Shown: positions 50,101 through 59,513, numbered from the stretch's first letter. The stretch: 64,000 nt of DNA from Syntrophomonadaceae bacterium (GCA_050259615.1 JBLNAZ010000170.1:46902-110901), one strand, 5' to 3'. Numbers and translations are program-made. The notes: a model not told the origin generated them from the sequence alone.

Positions 50101-50788
50101 CGTAAGCTTTCCTGAAATCTGAAAAATTCATCTTATCGGCCCCTTTAACGTTGGGGACAATTAATGAGCGTGTACCGTCTTTTTTCTCAATATCTATAGC
50201 CAGGCCGAAGTTAACCTCTTTTTTCTGCACCAGGTAAGGTTTTGCGTTAACCATGGCAAAGGAATTATTCATTGAAGGGAACAGCCTGAGTGCCCTGACA
50301 ATTGCATAGGCTACAATATGTGTAAACGAAATTTTCCCCTGATTGGTTTTTTGAAGAAACTGGTTAATTATTCTGCGGTTTTCTTCCAGGAGTTTAACAG
50401 ATATCGTCCTCTGGCTTGTAGCAGTCGGCATGGTAAGGCTGCCCGTCATATTCTCAATAATTCTTGCCCCGACGCCCGTAATAAGTTGATAGTTTTCGTG
50501 TTCTCCTGAAGGGGGGGGAGATGTCTGACGGGAAGGCTCCTTTAGTGCAGGCTGCTGTTTAGGCTGTTTTAATTCCGTTTGCACCGGCTCCTGGATTGCT
50601 GTCCGAGGCTTTTTTTGCGCCGGAGATTTTTCTGCAGTTTTCAGATTATTAAAGTAGTTCTGCCAGAATTCCGAAACGGAATTTTTATCATTCAAATAGC
50701 TGTCGTATAAATCTGCTACATACCAGAAATTTGAGCCAAACTGCTCAAAGAGAATTTCATGTCCATCGGATAAATGCTGTTCATCCAT
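47117..50788 (-). CDS. kgd: Multifunctional 2-oxoglutarate dehydrogenase/decarboxylase (Kgd/OdhA-type E2-E1 fusion)
   Basis: Acyltransferase domain (TISLTNPGTVGT, STYDHRVIQGAESG) fused to E1o (KRFSLEG, GMAHRGRLN, HGDAAFAGQG, RRHGHNE, WEAQFGDF, LPHGYEGQGPEHSS). Confidence 0.93.
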   Translation of the reverse strand: MDEQHLSDGHEILFEQFGSNFWYVADLYDSYLNDKNSVSEFWQNYFNNLKTAEKSPAQKKPRTAIQEPVQTELKQPKQQPALKEPSRQTSPPPSGEHENYQLITGVGARIIENMTGSLTMPTATSQRTISVKLLEENRRIINQFLQKTNQGKISFTHIVAYAIVRALRLFPSMNNSFAMVNAKPYLVQKKEVNFGLAIDIEKKDGTRSLIVPNVKGADKMNFSDFRKAYDDVIKRSRTGRIEPSDFQGTTISLTNPGTVGTVSSIPRLMTGQGGIIAIGVIDYPAQYQAMSRSTIAELGIGKVMNITSTYDHRVIQGAESGLFLKLINDLLLGEENFYEDIFKDFNIPQKPVNYREDTQGKTYAAIPGMDNIEKQAGILQLINIYRVRGHLIANLNPLGVNSIYHPELDPANHGFTIWDYDRKFITGGLGGKETGTLREILDILQQTYCDKIGIESMHIQHPEEKAWLQSKMEPIRNHFTFSAEEKKRILWQLVIAEEFEHFLHTRFVGHKRFSLEGSETVIPLLDYLINLSAEDGVREIFMGMAHRGRLNVLANIIGKSYEKIFTEFEGNIDPNSVQGSGDVKYHLGASGEVKAINGKTLTVSVASNPSHLEWVNPVVEGIVRAKQKRAGDTERKVIIPLLIHGDAAFAGQGVVAETINLSQLKGYRTGGTIHLIINNQIGFTTDPAEARSSIYATDVAKMVQAPIFHVNGDDPEAALWVTRLAYEYRQKFNKDVVIDLFGYRRHGHNEGDDPAYTQPVMYRNIKEHPSVKELYKQKLIAEKFISSDEEIDKRTNVNECLNESFDKSANDTFDFYSDLPLAVPEDKLNVQKEIEPTAAASEEIIKVVEGITTLPEGFVANPKLARMLTKRKELIKNPQMPIDWAYAEALAFGTLLLEGTPIRLSGQDSARGTFSQRHLILSDINTGEEILLLNHMAQNQASMEALDSLLSEAAVLGFELGYSVADPLSLVLWEAQFGDFANSAQVIIDNFLVSAYSKWKLPNRLVLLLPHGYEGQGPEHSSARIERFLSLAAEDNMTICNVTTPAQNFHLLRRQIKYNLHRPLVIFTPKSLLRLPEARSVLSEMTSGKFSKVLDDVSVQDKNIVKRLLLVSGKLYFELLAYKNKNNISDSAVIRLEELYPFPIKEIKTVINSYTNARTIVWTQEEPKNMGAWSFILQKSGDLTSQNRNLFYAGRNESASPASGSLKMHQKEQDELIDRAFSL

Positions 50789-51158
50789 TATGCTATACCC
50801 TCAATTATTACTTTCGTATTATGTCCCCATTATTTCAGTTTAAGAAAATATAGGTTCAAACTCAATCTAGCATAAAAGCCCCTTATTCAGGAATTTAAGG
50901 GTATGCAGATTTATTTGCACTATTGTTCCCTTTAAAAAGTTAGATTTTCCTTGCAAATGGTGCATAATTTTACAAAATTGCAAAATAGAATTAAATTAAT
51001 AACGATAAGTGAAAGTAAAGATATGCTCTTTACAGATGTAAATACATTTTATTTCCAGAAATTAAATCCCCTCTTGCTTCGGCATTGCCCTGATTTGTAA
51101 GTCTTCAGTTCTACTTGCCCTTTTTTTAATATAGTTTTAATGACTAGGAGGAAATTAT

Positions 51159-52991
51159 ATGTGCGGTATAGTCGGATATATTGGCGCTAAGAATTGTATT
51201 CCTATATTACTCGGCGGGTTAAAAAGGTTAGAATACCGTGGTTATGATTCTGCTGGTGTCGGGGTTCTTTCCCAAGGTAAAGCCCTTGTTGTTAAAAGTG
51301 TAGGAAAAGTCACCGTTCTACAGGATAAATTAGAAAATCTCAGTATTAGTTCAACTATCGGTATCGGTCATACCAGGTGGGCAACTCATGGCGTTCCAAA
51401 CGAAACAAATGCCCATCCGCATGTGAACAACGAAAATTCCCTGATGTTAATTCATAATGGAATTATTGAGAACTACGCGGCTTTGAAAGAAACACTAAAA
51501 CTAAGCGGTTATATTTTTAAGAGTGATACAGATACAGAAGTTTTGGCTCACCTGATAGATAGTTTTATAAACAAAGGTTTGACTCTCTTCAACGCAGTGA
51601 GAGCTGCATTGAACGAAGTTGAAGGAACCTACGGCATTGCAGTGGTATCTGAAAATGAACCGGATAAGATTGTAGTAGCCAAAAAGGGTTCTCCGCTTGT
51701 TATAGGTATAGGCAATGATGAAAACTTCATAGCTTCGGATGTAAGCGCGCTTGTAGCGCATACCCAGCAGGTAGTATATCTTGAGGATGGGGAAGTAGTT
51801 GAAGTATATAAAGATAAATTCATCGCCAAGGATGTTTCGGACAAAGAAATTGAAAAGAAAGTGCAGGAAATTACCCTTAAGCTCGATGAAATCAGCAAGG
51901 GCGGTTTTGCCCACTTTATGCTCAAGGAAATTATGGAGCAGCCGGAATCCATCTGCAATTCCATGCGCGGAAGGCTTGTTCTCTCTGAAGGCACTTCGAA
52001 GCTTGGGGGTATTGAGGATTTTGCGGACCGTCTGGCACAGTCCAGAAGGATCATTATTTCCGCATGCGGCACCTCCTGGCATGCAGGTCTGGTAGGTGAG
52101 TACATGTTTGAGCAGTTTGCAGAGATACCCACAGAAGTGGAATACGCCTCGGAGTTCAGATACAGGAACCCCTTAATCTATCCTGATGATACGGTAATAT
52201 TTATTTCTCAAAGCGGCGAGACGGCTGATACACTTGCCGCGTTAAAAGAATCCAAAAGGCGGGGCGCATTATGCATAGGCGTATGTAACGTTGTAGGCAG
52301 TTCAATTGCAAGGGAAAGTCACGCAGGGGTTTACATACACGCAGGTCCCGAGATCGGAGTGGCTTCGACGAAGGCTTTCACATCGCAGCTGATTGTGCTT
52401 TCACTCATTACGCTTTTAATTGCCAGGAAGAAGCGTATGAGCCTGGTGGACGGGCAGAATATAGTCTCTGAAATTGAGCAGATCCCTGAGAAAATTGAGC
52501 GGATACTCAAGCTTTCTGACGAGATTGAAAAAATTGCCGAAGAGTTTAAGGATTCGCAGAATTTCCTCTATTTAGGACGAGGCTATAATTTCCCCGTTGC
52601 TTTGGAAGGCGCCCTGAAGCTGAAGGAAATCTCCTATATTCATGCCGAAGGATATCCTGCGGCTGAAATGAAACATGGTCCCATTGCATTAGTTGACAAG
52701 AATATGCCTGTTGTTTTTATAGCTCCTAAGGATTCGACATACGACAAAATCCTCAGCAACATTCAGGAGGTAAAAGCAAGGCAAGGAAGAATTATTGCAA
52801 TCGCATCGGAAAGTGACGACAAGATAAACGATCTTGTGGATTATGCGATTAAAATCCCGGACACAATAAGGATGTTAATGCCGATACTTACTGTAATACC
52901 TTTACAGATGTTGGCTTATCATATAGCAGTTAAGAAGGGGCTGAATGTTGACCAGCCCAGAAATTTAGCTAAAAGTGTTACAGTTGAATAA
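51159..52991 (+). CDS. glmS: Glutamine-fructose-6-phosphate aminotransferase
   Basis: MCGIVG, LEYRGYDSAG, GHTRWATHG, SQSGETADT, PRNLAKSVTVE. Confidence 0.99.
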   Translation: MCGIVGYIGAKNCIPILLGGLKRLEYRGYDSAGVGVLSQGKALVVKSVGKVTVLQDKLENLSISSTIGIGHTRWATHGVPNETNAHPHVNNENSLMLIHNGIIENYAALKETLKLSGYIFKSDTDTEVLAHLIDSFINKGLTLFNAVRAALNEVEGTYGIAVVSENEPDKIVVAKKGSPLVIGIGNDENFIASDVSALVAHTQQVVYLEDGEVVEVYKDKFIAKDVSDKEIEKKVQEITLKLDEISKGGFAHFMLKEIMEQPESICNSMRGRLVLSEGTSKLGGIEDFADRLAQSRRIIISACGTSWHAGLVGEYMFEQFAEIPTEVEYASEFRYRNPLIYPDDTVIFISQSGETADTLAALKESKRRGALCIGVCNVVGSSIARESHAGVYIHAGPEIGVASTKAFTSQLIVLSLITLLIARKKRMSLVDGQNIVSEIEQIPEKIERILKLSDEIEKIAEEFKDSQNFLYLGRGYNFPVALEGALKLKEISYIHAEGYPAAEMKHGPIALVDKNMPVVFIAPKDSTYDKILSNIQEVKARQGRIIAIASESDDKINDLVDYAIKIPDTIRMLMPILTVIPLQMLAYHIAVKKGLNVDQPRNLAKSVTVE

Positions 52992-53015
52992 CTATTAATA
53001 GGGAGGTTTATTTTT

Positions 53016-54335
53016 ATGGCTCGTAAAAACGTTCTCATCATGGGTGCCGCAGGGCGCGATTTCCATAACTTTAATGTTTATTTCAGGAACAATAAGGAGT
53101 ACAATGTAGTTGCCTTTACAGCAACACAGATCCCTAACATTGACGGCAGAGTTTACCCAAAGGAACTGGCCGGGGAACTGTATCCTGAAGGAATTAAAAT
53201 TTACGATGAATCAGAGCTGGAATGCCTGATTGATGAGCTTGAAGTTGAGGAAGTGGTTTTCTCTTATTCAGATGTTCCTTTCAATTATGTAATGACGAAG
53301 GCCTCAATAGTTAATGCCGCAGGTGCCTCTTTCAGACTCCTGGGGGCAGAAGAAACCCAGATTAAAAGCTCCAAGCCGTTAATTTCTGTTCTGGCTGTAA
53401 GAACCGGAAGCGGAAAGAGCCAGACTTCGAGAAAGGTAGTTGAAGTTTTAAGAAATGCCGGTAAAAAAGTAGTTGCCATACGCCACCCGATGCCTTACGG
53501 CGATCTTGTAAAGCAGAAGGTTCAGAGATTCGGCTCTTTAGAAGACCTGAAGCTTCATGAATGTACAATTGAGGAAATTGAAGAATATGAACCACATATT
53601 GCTTTAGGCGGCGTTATTTACGCAGGCGTAGATTACGGTGCAATTCTTGCCGAAGCTGAAAAAGAAGCTGACGTCATACTCTGGGACGGCGGCAATAACG
53701 ACATATCATTCTATAAGTCTGATGTTACTTTCACTGTTGTTGATCCGCACCGTCCGGGTCACGAAATGACTTACTATCCGGGGAACACTTCTCTCAGGAT
53801 GGCTGACTGCGCAATCATAAATAAAATTGATTCAGCTGATCCGGTAAACATTCTGACAGTAAGAAACAATATCCGCAAGGTAAACCCGGGTGCAAAGATT
53901 ATTGACGGAGCCTCACCGATATTTGTTGACAATCCTGAGCTAATAGCAGGAAAAAGGGTGCTCGTTGTTGAAGACGGTCCTACTTTGACACACGGTGAAA
54001 TGGAATACGGCGCAGGAACAATTGCCGCCATGAATTTCGGAGCAAAAGAAATCGTAGATCCCAGGCCTTATACCGTAAAATCTATTACTGCAACCTATCA
54101 AAAGTATCCGAAAATTGGTATTTTACTGCCTGCGATGGGATACGGTGATGACCAGGTAAAAGATCTTGAAGATACTATTAACAATACGGATTGCGATTCA
54201 GTGGTTATCGGTACCCCTATTGATTTAGGCAGGATACTTAAGATAAACAAACCATCAACCCGTGTACGTTATGAGCTCCAGGAAATCGGAGCAATTACAG
54301 TTGAAAGCATTCTAAAAGAAAAAGGGATTATATGA
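53016..54335 (+). CDS. P-loop protein of the cyclic 2,3-diphosphoglycerate synthetase-like family; probable arginine synthetase (ArcE)
   Basis: GAAGRDFHNFN, RTGSGKSQTS P-loop, RHPMPYG, EEYE, WDGGNND, EDGPTLTHG; coupled to carbamate kinase and OTCase genes. Confidence 0.8.
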   Translation: MARKNVLIMGAAGRDFHNFNVYFRNNKEYNVVAFTATQIPNIDGRVYPKELAGELYPEGIKIYDESELECLIDELEVEEVVFSYSDVPFNYVMTKASIVNAAGASFRLLGAEETQIKSSKPLISVLAVRTGSGKSQTSRKVVEVLRNAGKKVVAIRHPMPYGDLVKQKVQRFGSLEDLKLHECTIEEIEEYEPHIALGGVIYAGVDYGAILAEAEKEADVILWDGGNNDISFYKSDVTFTVVDPHRPGHEMTYYPGNTSLRMADCAIINKIDSADPVNILTVRNNIRKVNPGAKIIDGASPIFVDNPELIAGKRVLVVEDGPTLTHGEMEYGAGTIAAMNFGAKEIVDPRPYTVKSITATYQKYPKIGILLPAMGYGDDQVKDLEDTINNTDCDSVVIGTPIDLGRILKINKPSTRVRYELQEIGAITVESILKEKGII

Positions 54336-55276
54336 GGAAACTGGCTGTTGTTGCCTTTGGAGGCAACGCGCTCCTGAGGGCTGGCCAGGTTGGAACAGCA
54401 GACGAACAGGAGCAGAATTCATATGATACCTGTAAGAATCTCATAGAACTCATTAAAGATGGCTACGACATTGTAATTACGCATGGCAATGGTCCCCAGG
54501 TGGGCAATATTTATTTAAGGAGTGATGCGGGCTATTCCTTATACAAGATTCCAAAGATGCCGCTGGATATCTCTGTAGCAGATTCCCAGGGGGAAATTGG
54601 CTACATGATTGAGCGCCAGATGAGGAATCTTCTTATAGAAAACAATATCGACAGGAAAGTCCTGACGGTATTAACCCAGGTATTAGTTGATAAAGACGAC
54701 AGCGCTTTTGCGGTGCCTACCAAACCGGTAGGCCCTTATTATCTTAAGGAAGAGGCTGATCTGCTTGCAAAGACTAATAACTGGCTTTTTAAGGAAGATC
54801 CGAGGAAAAGGGGCTGGAGGCGTGTTGTTGCCTCCCCCAAGCCGCTCAATATAATGAATTCTGAGCTGATTGGGGAACTTGCCAGAGAAGGACATATTGT
54901 AATTGCCGCAGGAGGCGGAGGCATACCCGTCTTTCTGGACGAGAACAACACTTACCGTCCCGTTGAAGATGCTGTAATCGATAAGGATCTGGCTTCAGCT
55001 CTGCTGGGATACCAGATAAAAGCTGATGCATTCTTTATACTTACAGACGTTGCAAAAGTCTGCCTTAATTTCAATAAGCCGGACCAGGTTCAGCTCGATG
55101 AATTAAAGCTTGAGGATGCAAAAAGGTACTTTGAGGCCGGAGAGTTTCCAGCTGGCAGCATGGGCCCGAAAATTATGGCTGCAATTAAATTTGTTGAATG
55201 CAGCGGAAAGGAAACAATTATTACTGAGGCCACCAGACTTACTGACCTGAACAGCGGGACTAAAATAATTCTTTAA
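54332..55276 (+). CDS. arcC: Carbamate kinase
   Basis: AFGGNAL, THGNGPQVG, PTKPVGP, WRRVVASP, GGGGIPV, AVIDKD, GSMGPK. Confidence 0.96.
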   Translation: MRKLAVVAFGGNALLRAGQVGTADEQEQNSYDTCKNLIELIKDGYDIVITHGNGPQVGNIYLRSDAGYSLYKIPKMPLDISVADSQGEIGYMIERQMRNLLIENNIDRKVLTVLTQVLVDKDDSAFAVPTKPVGPYYLKEEADLLAKTNNWLFKEDPRKRGWRRVVASPKPLNIMNSELIGELAREGHIVIAAGGGGIPVFLDENNTYRPVEDAVIDKDLASALLGYQIKADAFFILTDVAKVCLNFNKPDQVQLDELKLEDAKRYFEAGEFPAGSMGPKIMAAIKFVECSGKETIITEATRLTDLNSGTKIIL

Positions 55277-55328
55277 GAGTGGCTCAATAAAAACAGATAA
55301 AATTGAAAAAGCAGTAAATGGAGAAAAA

Positions 55329-56261
55329 ATGGCAGTTAATATGAAAGGAAAAAGCCTAATTTCCATAAATGACCTTACAATTGAGGAAGTTTGGCAAATT
55401 TTTGAACTCAGTGCAACTCTCAAAATGAAACGCCTTACCGGGGAACCCCATAGATTACTTGAAGGCAAAACCCTCGGAATGATATTTTCAAAGCCTTCAA
55501 CAAGAACAAGAATTTCTTTTGAAGTCGGTATTTATGAGCTTGGCGGGATCGGGATGTATTTCGGCCAGAACGACCTTCAGTTAAAAAAGAGTGAAAGCGT
55601 TGCCGATACAGCCAGGGTTCTCTCACGCTACTTAAGCGGTATTATGATCAGGACATTTGATCACCAGGATGTAATTGATCTGGCAACTTACGGATCGATT
55701 CCGGTAATAAACGGACTGACAGATTTATTGCACCCCTGCCAGGTTTTGACAGACCTTTTTACAATCTATGAGAAAAAGAGGGTGTTAAAAGGACTGAAAC
55801 TTGCATACATTGGCGACGGAAACAATATGGCGCACAGCCTGCTGTACGGATGTTCAAAAGTCGGGATGAATATTGCAATTGCTTCACCTTCAGGTTATAA
55901 GCCTGTTGAACAGATCGTTAAAAATGCCGAAGCAAATGCTAAGTATATGGGCAGCAAAGTTGAAATTCTGGATGATCCTGTTGCTGCAGTGAAGGATGCC
56001 GATATCGTTTATACCGACGTATGGGCCAGCATGGGTCAGGAAAAAGAAGCCGAAGAGCGTAAAAAGATATTCCATAAGTTCCAGGTTAATCCGGGACTTG
56101 TAAAGAATGCAAAAGAAGATTACCTGTTTATGCACTGCCTGCCTGCACATAGGGGAGATGAAGTGGTAAACGAAGTTTGTGATTCCCCGAATTCCATAAT
56201 ATTTGATGAGGCTGAAAACAGACTTCACGTTCAAAAAGCAATTATGGCCCTTGTGATGTAA
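55329..56261 (+). CDS. argF: Ornithine carbamoyltransferase
   Basis: STRTR, HPCQ, GDGNN, DVWASMG, HCLPA, AENR. Confidence 0.97.
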   Translation: MAVNMKGKSLISINDLTIEEVWQIFELSATLKMKRLTGEPHRLLEGKTLGMIFSKPSTRTRISFEVGIYELGGIGMYFGQNDLQLKKSESVADTARVLSRYLSGIMIRTFDHQDVIDLATYGSIPVINGLTDLLHPCQVLTDLFTIYEKKRVLKGLKLAYIGDGNNMAHSLLYGCSKVGMNIAIASPSGYKPVEQIVKNAEANAKYMGSKVEILDDPVAAVKDADIVYTDVWASMGQEKEAEERKKIFHKFQVNPGLVKNAKEDYLFMHCLPAHRGDEVVNEVCDSPNSIIFDEAENRLHVQKAIMALVM

Positions 56262-56288
56262 AATCCTGCGGGTCCTTTGTTTAGATGG

Positions 56289-56318
56289 ATGCCGGGTAAA
56301 TACCCGGCATTTTATTTT
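56289..56318 (+). terminator. Intrinsic terminator after argF
   Basis: ATGCCGGGTA-AA-TACCCGGCAT followed by TTTATTTT. Confidence 0.8.
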
Positions 56319-56427
56319 AAAAAGAATAATTTCCATACTGATAAATTGAATACGGGCAGGTATGTACTTTTATCTGTAATTGCTTATTTTGGTAGAAGCA
56401 ATTAATTACTTTTACGGAGGAGCAGTA

Positions 56428-57279
56428 ATGAAGTATTTTTACCGGATATTATTTCTTGCAGCATTAATATTATCTGTAAGCCTGCAGTCATCTTCATATG
56501 CAAAAGAGCCGAAGGGAAAAAAGCCGTGGCTTATTTTGGCAAAGGAAGATCTGGCCAGGGGGACTTACCACACAGATCATTACAGGATTTTTAAGAAGTA
56601 TACGTCGGGCTATAACCTGGAAGTCCTGAAAGCAATCGACATGGTACAGGCCCACGCAATGGACGGAGGAGGCTACTTTATAGGCAAGGACTCCGTCCCG
56701 ACTGAATCCCCGACATATTACGAGCTTAAACTGTTTGATAAATCTCTCATAACTCCTCCGCGCCACAGCAGTTACTGCTCGGGAAGTTCGTATTCCGCTT
56801 TTATAGAAGCCTTAAATATTATACTGGCAAAGAAGGGGAAAAACTTAACTCCGGAGAGGCTGGAAGCGCTAAGAATGCAGGAACCCAACGGCGGCAGACG
56901 GGAAGACTGGATAAAATTCTGGGGTATCTGGAATGCCGATGGTTTTGGAAGTCAGTTTGCCATGGTACAGTATTCCCAGATGGGCGTCGAGGTTAAGCCT
57001 GAGGATGCACGCCCGGGTGATTTTCTGAACATATCCTGGAAAACAGGTATAGGGCATTCTGTAGTTTTTCTCGGCTGGTACATGGATGAGAAAAACAATA
57101 AAAATATGGTTTACTGGAGCAGCCAGAAAAGTACAAACGGCTTCGGCGACCAGGTGGTTTCTTTGGATAGAATAAAAGACGTAAAGATTGTAAGGCTTAC
57201 AAAGCCCGGAAACCTGTTTAAGTTTGACATAAACCAGAAAATAAATAAAGATGTACCGGGAGATCAGATCAACTGGTAG
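56428..57279 (+). CDS. Exported hypothetical protein, possible NlpC/P60 papain-like fold (probable start ATG 56428)
   Basis: GGAGG SD, signal peptide, SYCSG and RPGDFL-GHSVVFLGW. Confidence 0.65.
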   Translation: MKYFYRILFLAALILSVSLQSSSYAKEPKGKKPWLILAKEDLARGTYHTDHYRIFKKYTSGYNLEVLKAIDMVQAHAMDGGGYFIGKDSVPTESPTYYELKLFDKSLITPPRHSSYCSGSSYSAFIEALNIILAKKGKNLTPERLEALRMQEPNGGRREDWIKFWGIWNADGFGSQFAMVQYSQMGVEVKPEDARPGDFLNISWKTGIGHSVVFLGWYMDEKNNKNMVYWSSQKSTNGFGDQVVSLDRIKDVKIVRLTKPGNLFKFDINQKINKDVPGDQINW

Positions 57280-57287
57280 AAGGAAAT

Positions 57288-57315
57288 ACAAAAGCGGCAC
57301 CAGTTGCCGCTTTTG
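57288..57315. terminator. Bidirectional intrinsic terminator
   Basis: ACAAAAGCGGCA-CCAGT-TGCCGCTTTTGT. Confidence 0.8.
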
Positions 57316-58770
57316 TTATGCTTCAGGTAAAACAATGGAAAATACAGTTTCCCCGCTGGGTTCAGAGTGAACATGAATTTCACCATTATGCCATGTTACG
57401 ATGGATTTTACCACTGAAAGCCCCAGACCGGCTCCACCCAGGCTCCTGTTTCTTGAGGATTCAGCCCTGAAGAACCTGTCGAATATTTTAGGGAGCAGCT
57501 CTTCAGGAATTCCCGGGCCATGGTTCTTTACAGAAATATTAATTTTGTTTGCTTCCATCCGGCTGACTTCAATAATTACAGGGGTGTTTTCATCACCAAA
57601 CTTTATTGCGTTGTCAACCAGGTTAAAAAGCGCCTGGCGCATCCATTCCTGGTCAAGAAAAACGTTTGCATCGTTTTGCACATTAAACAGAAGTTCAAGC
57701 TGATTTTCTCCGGCCATAAAGCTCATGTCAGACAAAATGTCTTCGAGGTAAGCCTTCAGGTTCACTTTTTCCATGTTTATTTTAATCAGCGAGTGATCAA
57801 TTTTTGAAATAAAGAAAAGCTTATCAACGATATTTATAAGCCTGAGAGTTTCCTCATAATTGCTTTGAAGAATTTCCCTGTATTCCACGTGAGTTTTGGG
57901 AGATTTGAGAGCAACTTCAATTTCACCGCGTAAAATAGTAAGGGGGGTTTTAAGTTCGTGTGAAGCTGAAATTGAAAACTGATTCATATACTCAATGGAT
58001 GTTTTAATCCTGTGTATCATTTCATTCAGCCTTCTGACCAGGCGTCCGTATTCATCCCCAAATTCTTCGCCCTCAATTTTCTCATTCAGGTTTTGGGCAG
58101 TAATCTCATCGAGCCTTCTTATTACACGGTCAATTCTGGAGAGCGACCGGGCTGAAATGAGAAAGCCTCCTATAATGGAAATGATCAGGAAAATAGGGGC
58201 AATAATTACGTAAGTATCCTTCAGACTGTCCAATGCCTCGTGGATCAGGTCAGCGGGGAAGGCTACAATAATTTTGTATCTTCCTTTCTGAAGATATGCG
58301 CCTCTTATTGTATAAGGAGAAAGCTTTTCATTTCTGAAAGCCAGTATGTTTACCTTATTTGTCTTAACCTGAGGAAAGTCAAGCTTGTGCCCCATAAGGT
58401 TTTCTGTTCTGAAGATTATCTTATCCTTAAATTGTACCTGGACATATGTGTTGCGCGGGTTAAGTGTAACGGCTTCAAATATAAGGTCATAAACAAGATC
58501 TTCGGGTGAAGTGTAGACCGAGTCGGGCTGGAAGTCATTCAGGTCTATTTTGCTGTCCGAGACGAAATTATAAATTGCTTCAGTCTGTCTTGTAAGCGCA
58601 ACATCCAGCTGTTCATTAAGGCTGTGGTGAGTATAGATATAAATGGCAGCACCTATCAAGGCCTCAAGAAGCAGAAACAGCAATGAATACCACAAAGTAG
58701 TCTTAAAGCGTGTTGTCTTTACATACAAAGCTGCTTTGGAGAAAGTCTTTTGCAAGTTTAATATTTTCAC
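57316..58770 (-). CDS. HAMP sensor histidine kinase (CusS/ArlS-like)
   Basis: Two TM helices, HAMP, ASHELKTPLT, NLVDNAIKF, IFDRFFR, GAGLGLS. Confidence 0.93.
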   Translation of the reverse strand: MKILNLQKTFSKAALYVKTTRFKTTLWYSLLFLLLEALIGAAIYIYTHHSLNEQLDVALTRQTEAIYNFVSDSKIDLNDFQPDSVYTSPEDLVYDLIFEAVTLNPRNTYVQVQFKDKIIFRTENLMGHKLDFPQVKTNKVNILAFRNEKLSPYTIRGAYLQKGRYKIIVAFPADLIHEALDSLKDTYVIIAPIFLIISIIGGFLISARSLSRIDRVIRRLDEITAQNLNEKIEGEEFGDEYGRLVRRLNEMIHRIKTSIEYMNQFSISASHELKTPLTILRGEIEVALKSPKTHVEYREILQSNYEETLRLINIVDKLFFISKIDHSLIKINMEKVNLKAYLEDILSDMSFMAGENQLELLFNVQNDANVFLDQEWMRQALFNLVDNAIKFGDENTPVIIEVSRMEANKINISVKNHGPGIPEELLPKIFDRFFRAESSRNRSLGGAGLGLSVVKSIVTWHNGEIHVHSEPSGETVFSIVLPEA

Positions 58771-58826
58771 GGCTTAGAAATAATAAATTACCCCGGCGAA
58801 AGGGGCTATTTTTGTACAGAAATTCA

Positions 58827-59498
58827 TTAGTTGTCTTTTATAGAATATCCGACACCTCTTATAGTAAATAAAAGCTGTTTATCAAAATCCTTATCTATTT
58901 TATTTCGGAGTTTATTTATATATACATCTATTACATTTGTATCAGTATCGAAATGGTAGTCGTAGACGTGTTCTGAAAGTCGCGTTCTGGAAATAACCTT
59001 ATTTTTATTTCTCAGCAGGAATTCCAGGACTGAATACTCCTTTGGAGTAAGGGAAATTTCAACTCCATTTCTGATAACGCTGTGTGTCTGCAGGTCGAGC
59101 GTCAGGTCTCCGGCTCTGAGTGAAAGGGATATATCCGATTCTTTTCTTCTTAGGAGGGCGCGGACTCTGGCCAGGAGTTCTTCAAAAGCAAAAGGTTTCG
59201 TCAGGTAATCATCAGCTCCCGCATCCAGCCCTTCAACTTTACTTTCAACCGACTGTCTTGCAGTTAAAAGTAAGACCGGGGTGGATATTTTATTATCCCT
59301 GATTTCTTTCAGGAGCATTAAGCCGTTGGTAAAGGGGATCATTATATCAAGAATGATGAGGTCATATTCCTGCGACAGGGCCAGTTCGCGCCCCTGCCTG
59401 CCGTCGAAGGCCGCATCAACTGTGTAGTACTCCTCCTCAAGACCTTTCCTGATAAAGGAAGCCACCTTTTTTTCATCTTCAACGAGTAATACTTTCAT
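58827..59498 (-). CDS. OmpR/PhoB family response regulator (CusR-like)
   Basis: VLLVEDE, LDIMIP, GADDYLTKPF, NVIDVYI-LR-KID, TIRGVGY. Confidence 0.95.
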   Translation of the reverse strand: MKVLLVEDEKKVASFIRKGLEEEYYTVDAAFDGRQGRELALSQEYDLIILDIMIPFTNGLMLLKEIRDNKISTPVLLLTARQSVESKVEGLDAGADDYLTKPFAFEELLARVRALLRRKESDISLSLRAGDLTLDLQTHSVIRNGVEISLTPKEYSVLEFLLRNKNKVISRTRLSEHVYDYHFDTDTNVIDVYINKLRNKIDKDFDKQLLFTIRGVGYSIKDN

Positions 59499-59513
59499 TA
59501 AAATAAATTACTT

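Noticed and set aside
50990-51158. glmS ribozyme in the glmS leader
   Set aside because: The conserved AGCGCC...GACGAGG core is absent.
53016-54335. Cyclic 2,3-diphosphoglycerate synthetase
   Set aside because: No 2-phosphoglycerate kinase is adjacent, and coupling to arcC and argF points to arginine metabolism.
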